A stretch of DNA of 64,000 nt from Candidatus Marinacidobacterales bacterium (GCA_965237955.1 OZ250169.1:5920001-5984000); one strand, 5' to 3'. Shown: positions 52,200 through 61,195, numbered from the stretch's first letter. Notes: generated by a model from the letters alone, not told the origin. A program made the numbers and translations.

Positions 52200-52685
52200 A
52201 TGGAAATCGAGATGACCATTAAGGGCTTGATGATCGATCCGATCACGAATATGCCCATCGTGATTCTCAAAGACAAAGAAGGTGACCGTGTTCTTCCTAT
52301 CTGGGTGGGGGTTTTCGAGGCCAACGCGATTGCATTACAAATCGAGAACATCTCGACGCCGCGGCCGATGACCCATGACTTGCTGCGGAACATTCTGAGT
52401 GAGATCGAAGCGGATGTTCAACGCATCGTCGTGTGTGAGCTCAAAGAAAATACGTTCTACGCAATGATCTACCTCGACCGTGAGGGGCAGACCATGGCAG
52501 TCGATGCGCGGCCGAGTGACGCGATCGCTCTCGCGCTCAGGACGAAAGCGCCGATTTTCGTTGAAGACGACGTCGTGGAAAGCGCCAAAGGTTTGGATTT
52601 ATCGAAGGACAAAACTGATTCCGAAAGACTCCAGAAGTGGCTGGAAGGTCTGAACCCAGACGATCTTGGCAAATACAAGATGTAG
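52200..52685 (+). CDS. Bifunctional nuclease family protein (DUF151)
   Basis: LPIWVGVFEA, RPMTHDLL, DARPSDAIALALR. Confidence 0.93.
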   Translation: MEIEMTIKGLMIDPITNMPIVILKDKEGDRVLPIWVGVFEANAIALQIENISTPRPMTHDLLRNILSEIEADVQRIVVCELKENTFYAMIYLDREGQTMAVDARPSDAIALALRTKAPIFVEDDVVESAKGLDLSKDKTDSERLQKWLEGLNPDDLGKYKM

Positions 52686-52782
52686 CGGCGGGTCCGCTCC
52701 CTCCTCTGCGTCCGTGCTACGGCGGACACGTCCCTCATGCACGCTTTTCTCGGGATTATCTCGTCTCGCGGGGGTCAACCAG

Positions 52783-53544
52783 GTGACTAAGGTCATAACG
52801 ATTGCAAATCAAAAAGGTGGTGTCGGCAAGACCACGACGGCCATCAATCTCGCAGCCGCGCTGGCGGCGAAAAAGAAGAAAACCTTGCTGGTGGATATGG
52901 ACCCACAGGGAAACTCGACGATCTCGTTTCTGCAGGACGATGTCATCGACAAGTCCATCTACGATGCGCTGACCGAGCCAACCACGAAGCTCAAGGAAGT
53001 CACCTACCAGTCCGATCTCGAGTGCTTGTCGATCGTGCCGTCGCGGATCTCGTTGGCGAAGCTCGAGAGCAAGCTGCTGGGCGAGATAGATGCTCACTTC
53101 CGTTTGCGAGATCAGCTCGAGGCGGTGCGGTCTTCCTACGATTTCGTCATTATTGATACTCCGCCGACGTTGGGCATGATCACCGTGAACGCCTTGGTGG
53201 CGGCGAGTTATCTACTGATACCCATCCAGTCCTCCTACTATGCGCTCGAAGGGACGGACGACTTGCTCAAGACCCTGGACAAGGTGAAAGCGCGTCCCAA
53301 TCCCGAGCTGCAGGTGTTGGGCGTCCTCATCACACTGCATGACAAGCGGACCACGTTGGCGCGCGACGTCAGCGCGAAGATTCAGAAAGCGTTCGGCGAC
53401 AAGGTGTTCAAGACCGTCATCAGCAAGAGCATTCGTTTGGAAGAAAGTCCGGCCTACAGGGAATCGATCTTCAGCTTTGCGCCGCACTCGAGTGGCGCTT
53501 TCGAGTACTACAGTCTTTCGGAAGAGGTGATGGCACGTGTCTAG
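52783..53544 (+). CDS. parA: ParA/Soj-family ATPase
   Basis: NQKGGVGKTTT, DMDPQGN, IDTPPTLG; GTG start 52783. Confidence 0.92.
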   Translation: MTKVITIANQKGGVGKTTTAINLAAALAAKKKKTLLVDMDPQGNSTISFLQDDVIDKSIYDALTEPTTKLKEVTYQSDLECLSIVPSRISLAKLESKLLGEIDAHFRLRDQLEAVRSSYDFVIIDTPPTLGMITVNALVAASYLLIPIQSSYYALEGTDDLLKTLDKVKARPNPELQVLGVLITLHDKRTTLARDVSAKIQKAFGDKVFKTVISKSIRLEESPAYRESIFSFAPHSSGAFEYYSLSEEVMARV

Positions 53545-54361
53545 AAGAGCTGGTTTACCCACGACGGTGAAGTTTCACAACGAGGCGCACTTTGTCGAAG
53601 AGTTGGGCCCGCGGCAAGGCGCGACCATCGGCCGGATGATTGCCATCGAAGATCTGGAGCCGAACCCGTACCAGCCGCGCCAGCAAATGGGAGACCTTAC
53701 CGAGCTGACATCCTCCATCGTAGAGAAAGGCGTGTTGGAACCGTTGATCGTGCGTCGTCACGGGGGAGTGTTCCAGATCATCTCGGGTGAGCGACGCTAT
53801 CAAGCGGCGCTCCAAGCTGGACTCTCGGAGCTACCGTGCGTCGAGAGAAACGTCGACGACCAAGAGACGCTCGAGCTGGCCCTCGTCGAGAACATCCAGC
53901 GTAAGGACTTGACGCCGTTCGAAGAGGGCGAGGCGTTCGGGCAGTTGGTCCATCACCACGGATACACGCACGAGGCTTTGGCGAAACGGATCGGAAAGTC
54001 GCGGACCAGCATCACCGAATCGCTGAGCCTAAACGGTATGCCGGACGATATCAAGAATCTTTGTCGGCTCGCCGACATTGCCTCAAAGTCACTGTTATTA
54101 CAGATAGTTAGGCAAGACAATCCCGAAAAAATGGCTGCTTTGGTCGAGAGGATTTCGTCCGACAGCCTGAGTCGCGATCAGACGCGCAAGGTCTCCCGCA
54201 AGCCGCGACGGGGTCGGCCGAAGAACTTCGTTTTCAAGTACGGTGCTCGCGGGAACCCGTTCCGCCTTCAGATGACCTTCCGCAAAAGCGAGGTCGAACG
54301 GGAAGAGATCATCACAGCGCTTCGGGCGTTGATCGCAGAGCTCGAGCAAGAAGGAAGGTAG
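53537..54361 (+). CDS. parB: ParB/Spo0J-family protein with atypical C-terminal region
   Basis: PNPYQPR, ISGERRY, LVENIQRKDL, HTH IGKSRTSIT. Confidence 0.9.
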   Translation: MSRRAGLPTTVKFHNEAHFVEELGPRQGATIGRMIAIEDLEPNPYQPRQQMGDLTELTSSIVEKGVLEPLIVRRHGGVFQIISGERRYQAALQAGLSELPCVERNVDDQETLELALVENIQRKDLTPFEEGEAFGQLVHHHGYTHEALAKRIGKSRTSITESLSLNGMPDDIKNLCRLADIASKSLLLQIVRQDNPEKMAALVERISSDSLSRDQTRKVSRKPRRGRPKNFVFKYGARGNPFRLQMTFRKSEVEREEIITALRALIAELEQEGR

Positions 54362-54485
54362 ACTTCCGTTCATTCCGGACGGAATTCGTCGTTTTCCGCA
54401 AAAAACTTCGAATCTAGCAGTTAAGCTGTGGATTTCTTGTTGACAGGACCATGGCTACCTTGATATTTTCCTAATCAGCGCCGAG

Positions 54486-54576
54486 ATGAGGTCAGATCCC
54501 ACTGACCTCGTTAAAAACCGAACAAGCGAAGCTCTGACCCAGTGTTGGGCTGGGAACGCAGAGAAGTCTCTCTCTG
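54486..54576 (+). promoter_or_regulatory. Candidate structured 5' leader RNA
   Basis: Hairpins GAGGTCAG/CTGACCTC and CTCTG-CCCAG/CTGGG-CAGAG between a TTGACA promoter (54440) and the AAGGAGG SD. Confidence 0.4.
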
Positions 54577-54600
54577 AGCGGGGGAAAGGAGGCTCTACAG

Positions 54601-54942
54601 ATGGCCTATCGGGGTAAATCTCTCAAGGCGCTCCGCGAGTCGAAGCGCATCCGCCTTAGACGCATCTCCAACGAGACCCGTATCGGCATGGCCTATCTGG
54701 AGGACCTCGAAACAGAACGATTCGATCGCTTTCCCGGCAAGTTCTATTTCGAGAGTTTCACCAAAGAATACGCGCGATCGCTAGGACTCGACCCGACTGA
54801 GGTGTTGACGGACCTGCAAGCGTCTTACAGGGAGTGGCAAGGAGCCTCGAGCGACCCAGCTTCGAATGAAGCCGCTGCCGCGATGGAAGACGGACTCCTG
54901 AACCGCATCGCGGGCTATATTCGCCGCGCCCAGGAAGTCTAG
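54601..54942 (+). CDS. Stand-alone RodZ-like (Xre/HTH_25) helix-turn-helix protein
   Basis: GKSLKALRES...ISNETRI...LEDLE...FP...YARSLGLD; strong SD. Confidence 0.85.
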   Translation: MAYRGKSLKALRESKRIRLRRISNETRIGMAYLEDLETERFDRFPGKFYFESFTKEYARSLGLDPTEVLTDLQASYREWQGASSDPASNEAAAAMEDGLLNRIAGYIRRAQEV

Positions 54943-54989
54943 TTCTTCACACCCTCCGCCAGAATTGCTGTGCTATAGTGCGCAGGAGT

Positions 54990-55521
54990 ATGAGAATAGT
55001 CCTGCCTAACTTGCTTATTTTCCTAAGCCTTAGCAACGTCGCTGTTCGCACAGGCCAGCGTGGACGTTGGGGACACGGCGCCTGATTTCGAGCTTCGGGA
55101 CTCGGCCGGCAAGACCTACAAGCTTTCCGAGTATCGAGGCGAGAAGGTCGTCGTTGTCGAGTTCTTCCGAAGCGGCGGTTGGTGACCCCACTGCAAGCGG
55201 CAGCTCGGTGAGCTGCAAGGATCACTCGATGCCATCCAAGCCGAGGGCGCCGTCCTCCTCGGAATCTCCAAGTACGACGCGGAGGAAACCGCGAGCTGGC
55301 TCGAGGAGGACGCCTGGGCGTTTCCAATTCTGTGCGACGGCGAGCCCGTCATCGAGTCGTATGGGCTCATCAATCCGGACGTCGGCCGAGAGTCGATGAA
55401 AGGCATCCCGCATCCTGCAACGATTATCATCGACAAGCAAGGCAAAGTGCGCTTCGTGAACGTATGGGTCGACTTTCGGCAGCGAACGTCTCCAGAAACG
55501 ATTATCGAGGAGTTGAAGTAG
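54990..55521 (+). CDS. Peroxiredoxin-like (AhpC/TSA) candidate selenoprotein, UxxC; +1 frameshift in signal peptide
   Basis: [10 protein letters not shown]...[12 protein letters not shown](55183)-PHCKRQL...[14 protein letters not shown]; hairpin GCAGCTC-GGT-GAGCTGC at 55200-55216; absent from ORF track. Confidence 0.85.
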
Positions 55522-55526
55522 ATCCA

Positions 55527-56057
55527 ATGAATGCGAATCGAATTGTCTTCGCGTGCGCGCTCGTCGCGGCGGCCTCCGTGCTCGCCGCAGAACAGATCGA
55601 GATCCCGGACTGGGAGAGCTCGGTGCAGTTTCGACTCGTGACTTCGCAGCAACCCATCCGTCCAGGGGACAGTTTCAGCGTGGCGCTCGTGGCCGAGATC
55701 GAAGAGGGCTACCATCTTTACGGTCCCGAGGAACCCTATCCAAGCCGGACCGAAGTTTCCGTCAATGGCGAAAACTTGAAAGTCGGGGATCCGTCATATC
55801 CTCCCGTCGAAACGCGGGAGCTCTCTGGTCTCGGCACCTACGATCTGTACGAAGGAAGCATCGCGATCCGGATTCCCGTGAAGCTCAGCGACTCGGGGGC
55901 CGCGGGTGAGCACACCGTGAAAGCATCGGTAAACTACCAGGTGTGCACGGATTTCGCTTGTAGCGCGCCCACCTCCGACGAGCTTGCTATCACAGTCGCC
56001 GGCGGCGCCATCGGGGCAGCTATCGAGACGCAGTATCCAGAAATCTTCGAGTTCTAA
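55527..56057 (+). CDS. Secreted DsbD N-terminal-domain-like protein
   Basis: Signal peptide, IEEGYHLYG, YQVCTDFAC; ATG 55527. Confidence 0.8.
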   Translation: MNANRIVFACALVAAASVLAAEQIEIPDWESSVQFRLVTSQQPIRPGDSFSVALVAEIEEGYHLYGPEEPYPSRTEVSVNGENLKVGDPSYPPVETRELSGLGTYDLYEGSIAIRIPVKLSDSGAAGEHTVKASVNYQVCTDFACSAPTSDELAITVAGGAIGAAIETQYPEIFEF

Positions 56058-56141
56058 TAGTGTATTACGCGTCAGATCTCAAGTTAATTCTCTGAGGTGG
56101 TACTTTAGCTTTCGGCGTCTAACCAGGTACAATAAGTTGGC

Positions 56142-56588
56142 ATGGCCGAGCCCGAGTTCCGGTTACCCGCATTCGATGAAGACCGCCACGAGCCCCTTAG
56201 ACCGAAGCGTCGCGCTATCGTTCTCGGCTTTGCGGCGGCGGTGACCATCGGTGGCCTCGGCACCGCGCTCTACGTCGGAAAGCTTGGCTACGACGTTCGC
56301 CGCAACAACATGCACGACTCGCGGCTGAAGAACATCCTTGTGCAAACGCCGACCGTGTACCAGGTGACCGAGGGTCTGAAGGAGAAAGCCCCGCTCGCAT
56401 TGGTGGTGGAAGGTCAAGTGGACCTCGAACAGGCCCTCTCTCGGTGGGGTGCCGACAAAGCAGACGATATTCGCGACAAAGCGGGTGAATGGCCCCAACT
56501 CCGGGTCTACGCCGCAGGAGACATGATGTACTTCATCTACTTCGACGAAGGCAACGTCATGAGAGACTACGTCTACGTGAGTAGCTAA
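56142..56588 (+). CDS. Hypothetical single-TM protein
   Basis: 148-aa ORF with one hydrophobic helix; TACAAT just upstream. Confidence 0.65.
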   Translation: MAEPEFRLPAFDEDRHEPLRPKRRAIVLGFAAAVTIGGLGTALYVGKLGYDVRRNNMHDSRLKNILVQTPTVYQVTEGLKEKAPLALVVEGQVDLEQALSRWGADKADDIRDKAGEWPQLRVYAAGDMMYFIYFDEGNVMRDYVYVSS

Positions 56589-56591
56589 GCT

Positions 56592-57065
56592 ATGGCCAAG
56601 ATCGTTCATACGTCCAAAGTTCGCATCGAGAAAGACAAGGGCCCTCACCGCAGGGCCTACATCGAAGGCTTCGAGACCCCGGTGCATTTCGGGGTGCATT
56701 CCGGCATCAAGAAGTTCTACGGCATCGAGCCCGAAGAGGAGCATCCCGCCACGCTCGACTACATCGTCGGCGCGGTCGGCGGGTGAATGACCGGAACCCT
56801 CGGGCGCGCACTGGAGGTGCGCGGCATTCCAAGCTACCCGGACAAACTGTCGTCCGCGGTCGAAGGCGATATCGAAGACGTGGACGGCGTCATGAAAATC
56901 ACGCGCATCCGAATCCACTACAACATCAATCTTCCGGCTGGAAAAAGGGAAGAGGCCCAGCGCGCTCTCGACGTCCACGAGCGCGGATGCCCGGCAGCGA
57001 TGAGTGTGAACGGCTGTATCGCGATCGAATGGACGGCTGATTTCGAGGAGGCAATAGGTGAGTGA
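56592..57065 (+). CDS. OsmC-family candidate selenoprotein (TGA at codon 65)
   Basis: ORFs 56592-56786 and 56787-57065 are contiguous in frame: LDYIVGAVGG-TGA-MTGTL...HERGCP; hairpin CGCGCAC-TGGAG-GTGCGCG at 56805-56823. Confidence 0.88.
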
Positions 57066-57537
57066 TCTTTCGTTGAAGGACGTGATGCGGACGTTCCCTC
57101 AAGGCGTGACCGTCGTGACCGCGGAAGGAGACGACGGGCCGCGCGGCATCACCGTGAGCTCGTTCACCTCGGTGAGCCTGACGCCGCCGCTCGTCTTGAT
57201 ATGCATCCTGAAGGATTCTAGCGCCCACGATGCGATCAAAAAAGGCCGGTTCGTCGTCAACGTCCTGGCCGAGGGTCAAGGTGCCGTCTCGGATCACTTT
57301 GCGAGCCCGAAGCTGAGCTCGGACGAGCAATTCGACGGGTACGGCTTTCCCCAGCTCGAAGGCTGTCTCGGCTACCTGCACTGCAAGGTCGTCGATCAGA
57401 GTTCGCAAGGCACGCACACCGTGTTCTTTGGTGAAGTGGATCAAATCGAGCTCGGCGCGAGCTCGGACCGAGCGAAACCTCTAGTGTTCTGCTCACGCGA
57501 ATACTGGGGCTTGGGTGAGACTGTTCATGAGCGGTGA
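57058..57537 (+). CDS. Flavin reductase family protein
   Basis: FPQGVTVVT, TVSSFTSVSLTPPLV, GTHTVFFGEV. Confidence 0.92.
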   Translation: MSDLSLKDVMRTFPQGVTVVTAEGDDGPRGITVSSFTSVSLTPPLVLICILKDSSAHDAIKKGRFVVNVLAEGQGAVSDHFASPKLSSDEQFDGYGFPQLEGCLGYLHCKVVDQSSQGTHTVFFGEVDQIELGASSDRAKPLVFCSREYWGLGETVHER

Positions 57538-58054
57538 AGAGTCTGTCAACCAGCTTCTGGGAAGCCTTGGCTATGACGCCGAGCGGGGCGCCTTGTCGCT
57601 CTCGAGTGCGCGCTACGTCATGTTGTCGCCCGCGCTGTTCGTCGAGCTTCAGAAAAGCGTCGAAGCGCATCTCCCGCAGGAAGTCGCGGAAATCATGACG
57701 CAGACGGCGGAGGGCGATGGTGCGTTTCTCGCCAGCCGGTATCGCGACGTCTTCGGCTATCCGCCCGAGCAGGTTCTTACCGCGGTGAGCTATATGCTGT
57801 CGGAATCAGGGTGGGGCGCGATGAGCGTGGAGATGGCGCATCTCGAAGGGGAAGAGCTCGTCTTCAAAGTGCTCGACTCACCGTTTGCCGAAGTCTACGG
57901 CCCGTCGATCCAGCCGGTCTGCTACACGCTCCTGGGTGTGCTGCGCGGGGTCGCGATGACGCTCTTCGACAAGCCCGCCGAAGGCGGGGAAGTCCAATGC
58001 GCGGCGAAGGGCGACAATTGCTACCGATTCGTCGTCAGCGCCAAGGCCGGCTAA
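57527..58054 (+). CDS. V4R (4-vinyl reductase) domain protein
   Basis: GWG, DSPFA, PVC...G, EVQCAAKGDNCYRF. Confidence 0.85.
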   Translation: MSGEESVNQLLGSLGYDAERGALSLSSARYVMLSPALFVELQKSVEAHLPQEVAEIMTQTAEGDGAFLASRYRDVFGYPPEQVLTAVSYMLSESGWGAMSVEMAHLEGEELVFKVLDSPFAEVYGPSIQPVCYTLLGVLRGVAMTLFDKPAEGGEVQCAAKGDNCYRFVVSAKAG

Positions 58055-58689
58055 GATCCTTGAATCTGCTCTTCCAGGTAGACGACGACGCGCTCACGAT
58101 CGTCGCCGCTGAGCTCGGTGAACTCCACACCCAGCCGAAAAATGGCGGCTCCTTTCGCTTCCGCCCACGCCTCGCAGTGGCGCACGACCCCGCGGGTATG
58201 AACGTCTCCCCGCGGCAGGGTGAAGACGAAGTCGTGCTCGCTACGGAATTCGAGAGGGAAGCTCACCGAGAACAGCCCTCCAAAGAGGCTGAGGTTCAAC
58301 ACGCGAAGCTCGATCTCCTTTTTCAGCTGAGCCGGCTGACCGATGAACACGCGCGGCTGCTCACGGCGCTCCTCGGTCAGGCTGTCGCGGATGTAGGCGC
58401 GTATGCGGGCACGCTGCGACACCGGAAGTGCTATGAAACGCACTCCGATCCGATAGAGCGGTTCTTCCTCGAGCGCCTTGCAGTGGACGACGTTGGCCCG
58501 GACCGTGAGCGGCGCGCCGTCGAGAGATAACTCCACGGTCAATTCCGAGTCGAGGCTGAGATGCCGCGGGCTCTCGAGCAGGGCGCCGCTCGGGCTCAGA
58601 TCCACCACGCGGACGTCCGTCCAGAACTGAGCATGTCCCTCGACGCGGGCATCGAGGTTCAAGCGAGGTGCTCGTCGCGCGCGATCCAT
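58051..58689 (-). CDS. Tandem PilZ-domain protein
   Basis: RRAPR...DLSPSG and ERREQPR...NLSLFG PilZ motif pairs; start uncertain. Confidence 0.85.
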   Translation of the reverse strand: MDRARRAPRLNLDARVEGHAQFWTDVRVVDLSPSGALLESPRHLSLDSELTVELSLDGAPLTVRANVVHCKALEEEPLYRIGVRFIALPVSQRARIRAYIRDSLTEERREQPRVFIGQPAQLKKEIELRVLNLSLFGGLFSVSFPLEFRSEHDFVFTLPRGDVHTRGVVRHCEAWAEAKGAAIFRLGVEFTELSGDDRERVVVYLEEQIQGS

Positions 58690-58750
58690 GGTCTCGTTCT
58701 TCCATTTCACCTCCGAAGTCCCGAGTTGAGCGCGTGTTAGAATCGCTCTC

Positions 58751-59659
58751 ATGAGTTTTCTCCGCGCCAACGACAGTAAGTCGAACTCGGGAGGAGGGAA
58801 GTCCGTCGTCCTTGCTATCATCATTTTGCTGTGCCTCGGGGGCGCAGCTTATTGGTTTTACGCTCGAGCGCCTGAGCCGGAACGCGAGCGCGAGGCGGCC
58901 AAGAAAGAGGCACCACCACCTGCACCACCCAAGCCGCGAGCTGACGTGCCCTCGACGGGCTCGCTGATGGTCACCGCTAACCTCGATGGCGCGAGCGTGT
59001 ACGTAAACGGCGCGTCGGTTGGCTCCGCCCCCTTCGAAGACGCCGACATCAGGGTCGGGAGCCATGAAGTTAGGGTGACCAAAGAGGGGTACGCGGATTA
59101 CGTGGAAATTGTGCGCATACGACCGGGGAAAAGCGCCGAGCTACGTGCGTCTCTGGGGCTGTTGGCGCCCAGTCTGCGCATCGTTAGTGATGTCCCGGGG
59201 GCGACGGTGTTTCTCGATCGCAACTACATCGGAACGACGCCCGTCGATATCAAAGCCGTAGAGCCGGGAGAGCATCGGTTGACCGTCTCCGCCGATGGCT
59301 ACGATATGTATACGGAGACGGTGGCCGTGACGACGGGGCACAAGGACATTCGTGTCAGCTTCGAGCAGGCAGCCTCCGAGCTCAACGAGTCCGTGAGTGT
59401 CGTCCACAAGCACAGCTTCGGAAACTGCAGCGGCACACTCATCGCCGACAGCGCTGGCATTCGTTACGAGACCGACCACAAAGACGCGTTCGCGATCCCG
59501 TACGGGTCACTCGAGCGCTTCGAGGTGGACTACATCAAGAAGTACATGAACCTCAAGGTGCGCAAGGGGAAAAACTACAACTTCACCGACCGAAGCGGTG
59601 ACGCCGACGCGCTCTTCGTGTTTCACAAGAACGTACAAGCGTTTCTGGAGAGAATGTAA
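58751..59659 (+). CDS. PEGA-domain membrane-anchored protein
   Basis: TM helix, two PEGA repeats (GASVYVNG, GATVFLD...GTTP). Confidence 0.88.
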   Translation: MSFLRANDSKSNSGGGKSVVLAIIILLCLGGAAYWFYARAPEPEREREAAKKEAPPPAPPKPRADVPSTGSLMVTANLDGASVYVNGASVGSAPFEDADIRVGSHEVRVTKEGYADYVEIVRIRPGKSAELRASLGLLAPSLRIVSDVPGATVFLDRNYIGTTPVDIKAVEPGEHRLTVSADGYDMYTETVAVTTGHKDIRVSFEQAASELNESVSVVHKHSFGNCSGTLIADSAGIRYETDHKDAFAIPYGSLERFEVDYIKKYMNLKVRKGKNYNFTDRSGDADALFVFHKNVQAFLERM

Positions 59660-60182
59660 TGAAACAGGCGGTTCTTGCCATTGCCCACATAGGGTTGGCC
59701 TTCCCGGTTCTCGCGCAAGACGCAGACCCCCTGGCAGGGAACGTTGGGATCCCGAACGACTACCGCGTGCGTGACGACATCGCGACCGCGGGCCAGCCGA
59801 CCGACGAGGCTCTCGAGGACGTGAAAAAGGCGGGGTTCAAAGCGGTCCTGAACCTCCGCACCGAGCAGGAAGGCAGCCTCGAAGAAAAACCCAATGTCGA
59901 AGCCCTCGGTATGGACTACTACAACATCCCGATCGGGCGTGACGGCTTCTCACCGGCGATCCTCGAGCAGTTCAAAGAGATTCTCGCCGACGACGACAAC
60001 CGACCGCTCCTCATCCACTGCGCTTCGTCGAATCGCGTAGGCGCGCTCTGGTACATCCATCAAGTTCTCGACACCGGTGAGGACGGGCCGCCGCACTCGC
60101 CGAAGTCAAGAAGGCAGGCCTGACGTCCGAATCTTTCGAAGCTCGCGCCAAAGAATACGTCAGCACCAACAAGTCCCAATAG
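59659..60182 (+). pseudogene. DUF442/PTP-like phosphatase or sulfurtransferase, frameshifted near 60085
   Basis: AGQPT, VLNLR, HCASSNR; a plausible C-terminus AALAEVKKAGL... lies in another frame ending TAG 60182. Confidence 0.75.
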
Positions 60183-60263
60183 ACAAGCACTTTGCGACGT
60201 ACATCGCCTACTTTGCGTGCAGGGGGAATTGCATATCATATGTAGCTCGTATAAGCTGTAAAT

Positions 60264-60521
60264 ATGGGCACTCATCGCACTACCATCCTCCTCGACGATG
60301 ACACTCGTCACGCCGCACGGGAGCTCGCTCTGCGTTATGGCTGCTCCGTTTCTGAGGCAATTCGCCGGGCAGTCATCCGTCAGCGCGATGCCTCCCTCGG
60401 CGTGCCGGCAGGCACTCGAAAGGAGCGCAGAAAGGTCCTCGAACGCCTCTTCGAACTCTTCGAAGGCAATGACCCGGCCGAAGAAGTGGGACGGCTCAAA
60501 GAGCAGGACGAAGCCTTCTGA
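60264..60521 (+). CDS. RHH/CopG-type antitoxin
   Basis: HRTTILLDD...SVSEAIRRA; stop overlaps the PIN gene start. Confidence 0.8.
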   Translation: MGTHRTTILLDDDTRHAARELALRYGCSVSEAIRRAVIRQRDASLGVPAGTRKERRKVLERLFELFEGNDPAEEVGRLKEQDEAF

Positions 60522-60903
60522 TGCGGGTGCACCTCGATACGGACGTACTGGTCTATGCGCTTTCGGTGACCGGCCCTGAGAGGAGGCGCGTCGTCCAACT
60601 CGCGGAGTCCGAAGCCGAGATTCAGATGAGCGCCATCGCTTGGTACGAGTTCTCACGCGGGCCGAGGACACCGAACAGCTCGCTGTGGCACGGTCATTTC
60701 TTTTTGAGGATGGAATCGTTCCTTTCTCTGCGGACCTGGCGTCGATCTCATCGGAAGTCTTTCGAATTCTCGGCTCTCCGCGGAAACGCGCCGCGGATAT
60801 CGCCATCGGAGTCACCGCGGTGGCAATGGATGCTGTGCTCCTGACGCGCAATGTCAAAGACTTCGCTGGTATCCCGGCGCTCAGGATCGAGCCCTCTGGA
60901 TAA
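60521..60903 (+). pseudogene. PIN-domain (VapC) toxin, frameshifted near 60673
   Basis: HLDTDVL, SAIAWYE in one frame; ADIAIG...LTRNVKDF in the next. Confidence 0.82.
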
Positions 60904-60919
60904 GGCTTCTCGTGTTCTT

Positions 60920-60947
60920 ATTTAACATAATGTATCTTATCGGACGT
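60920..60947 (-). other. XerCD dif-like recombination site
   Basis: Minus strand ACGTCCGATAA-GATACA-TTATGTTAAAT: 11-6-11 layout, XerD arm identical to E. coli dif, intergenic. Confidence 0.88.
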
Positions 60948-61195
60948 TGCGAATTCCGCCTCACGATGCGCAAGGCCTCCCGCGAACGCGCTCTGCGCTC
61001 AATTGCAACATGGTCGCACGACCCCTAGAATTGAGTGTCATATGGCGAAACTCCTCACGGAATTACTTGCGTTAGCTAGGAGCGTCGTCGACATGGTCCG
61101 TCCGCACGTCGCTGCAAGAAGGTTACGCTTCGTCACTAACAGAGACCGGGTATCGAGGTCCCCTAACGCGGGCATCGAGGACAATCGAACACTTA

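Noticed and set aside
54483-54600. Fluoride, glycine or c-di-GMP riboswitch
   Set aside because: Only fragmentary resemblance; conserved cores and typical downstream genes are absent. Kept as an unclassified structured leader
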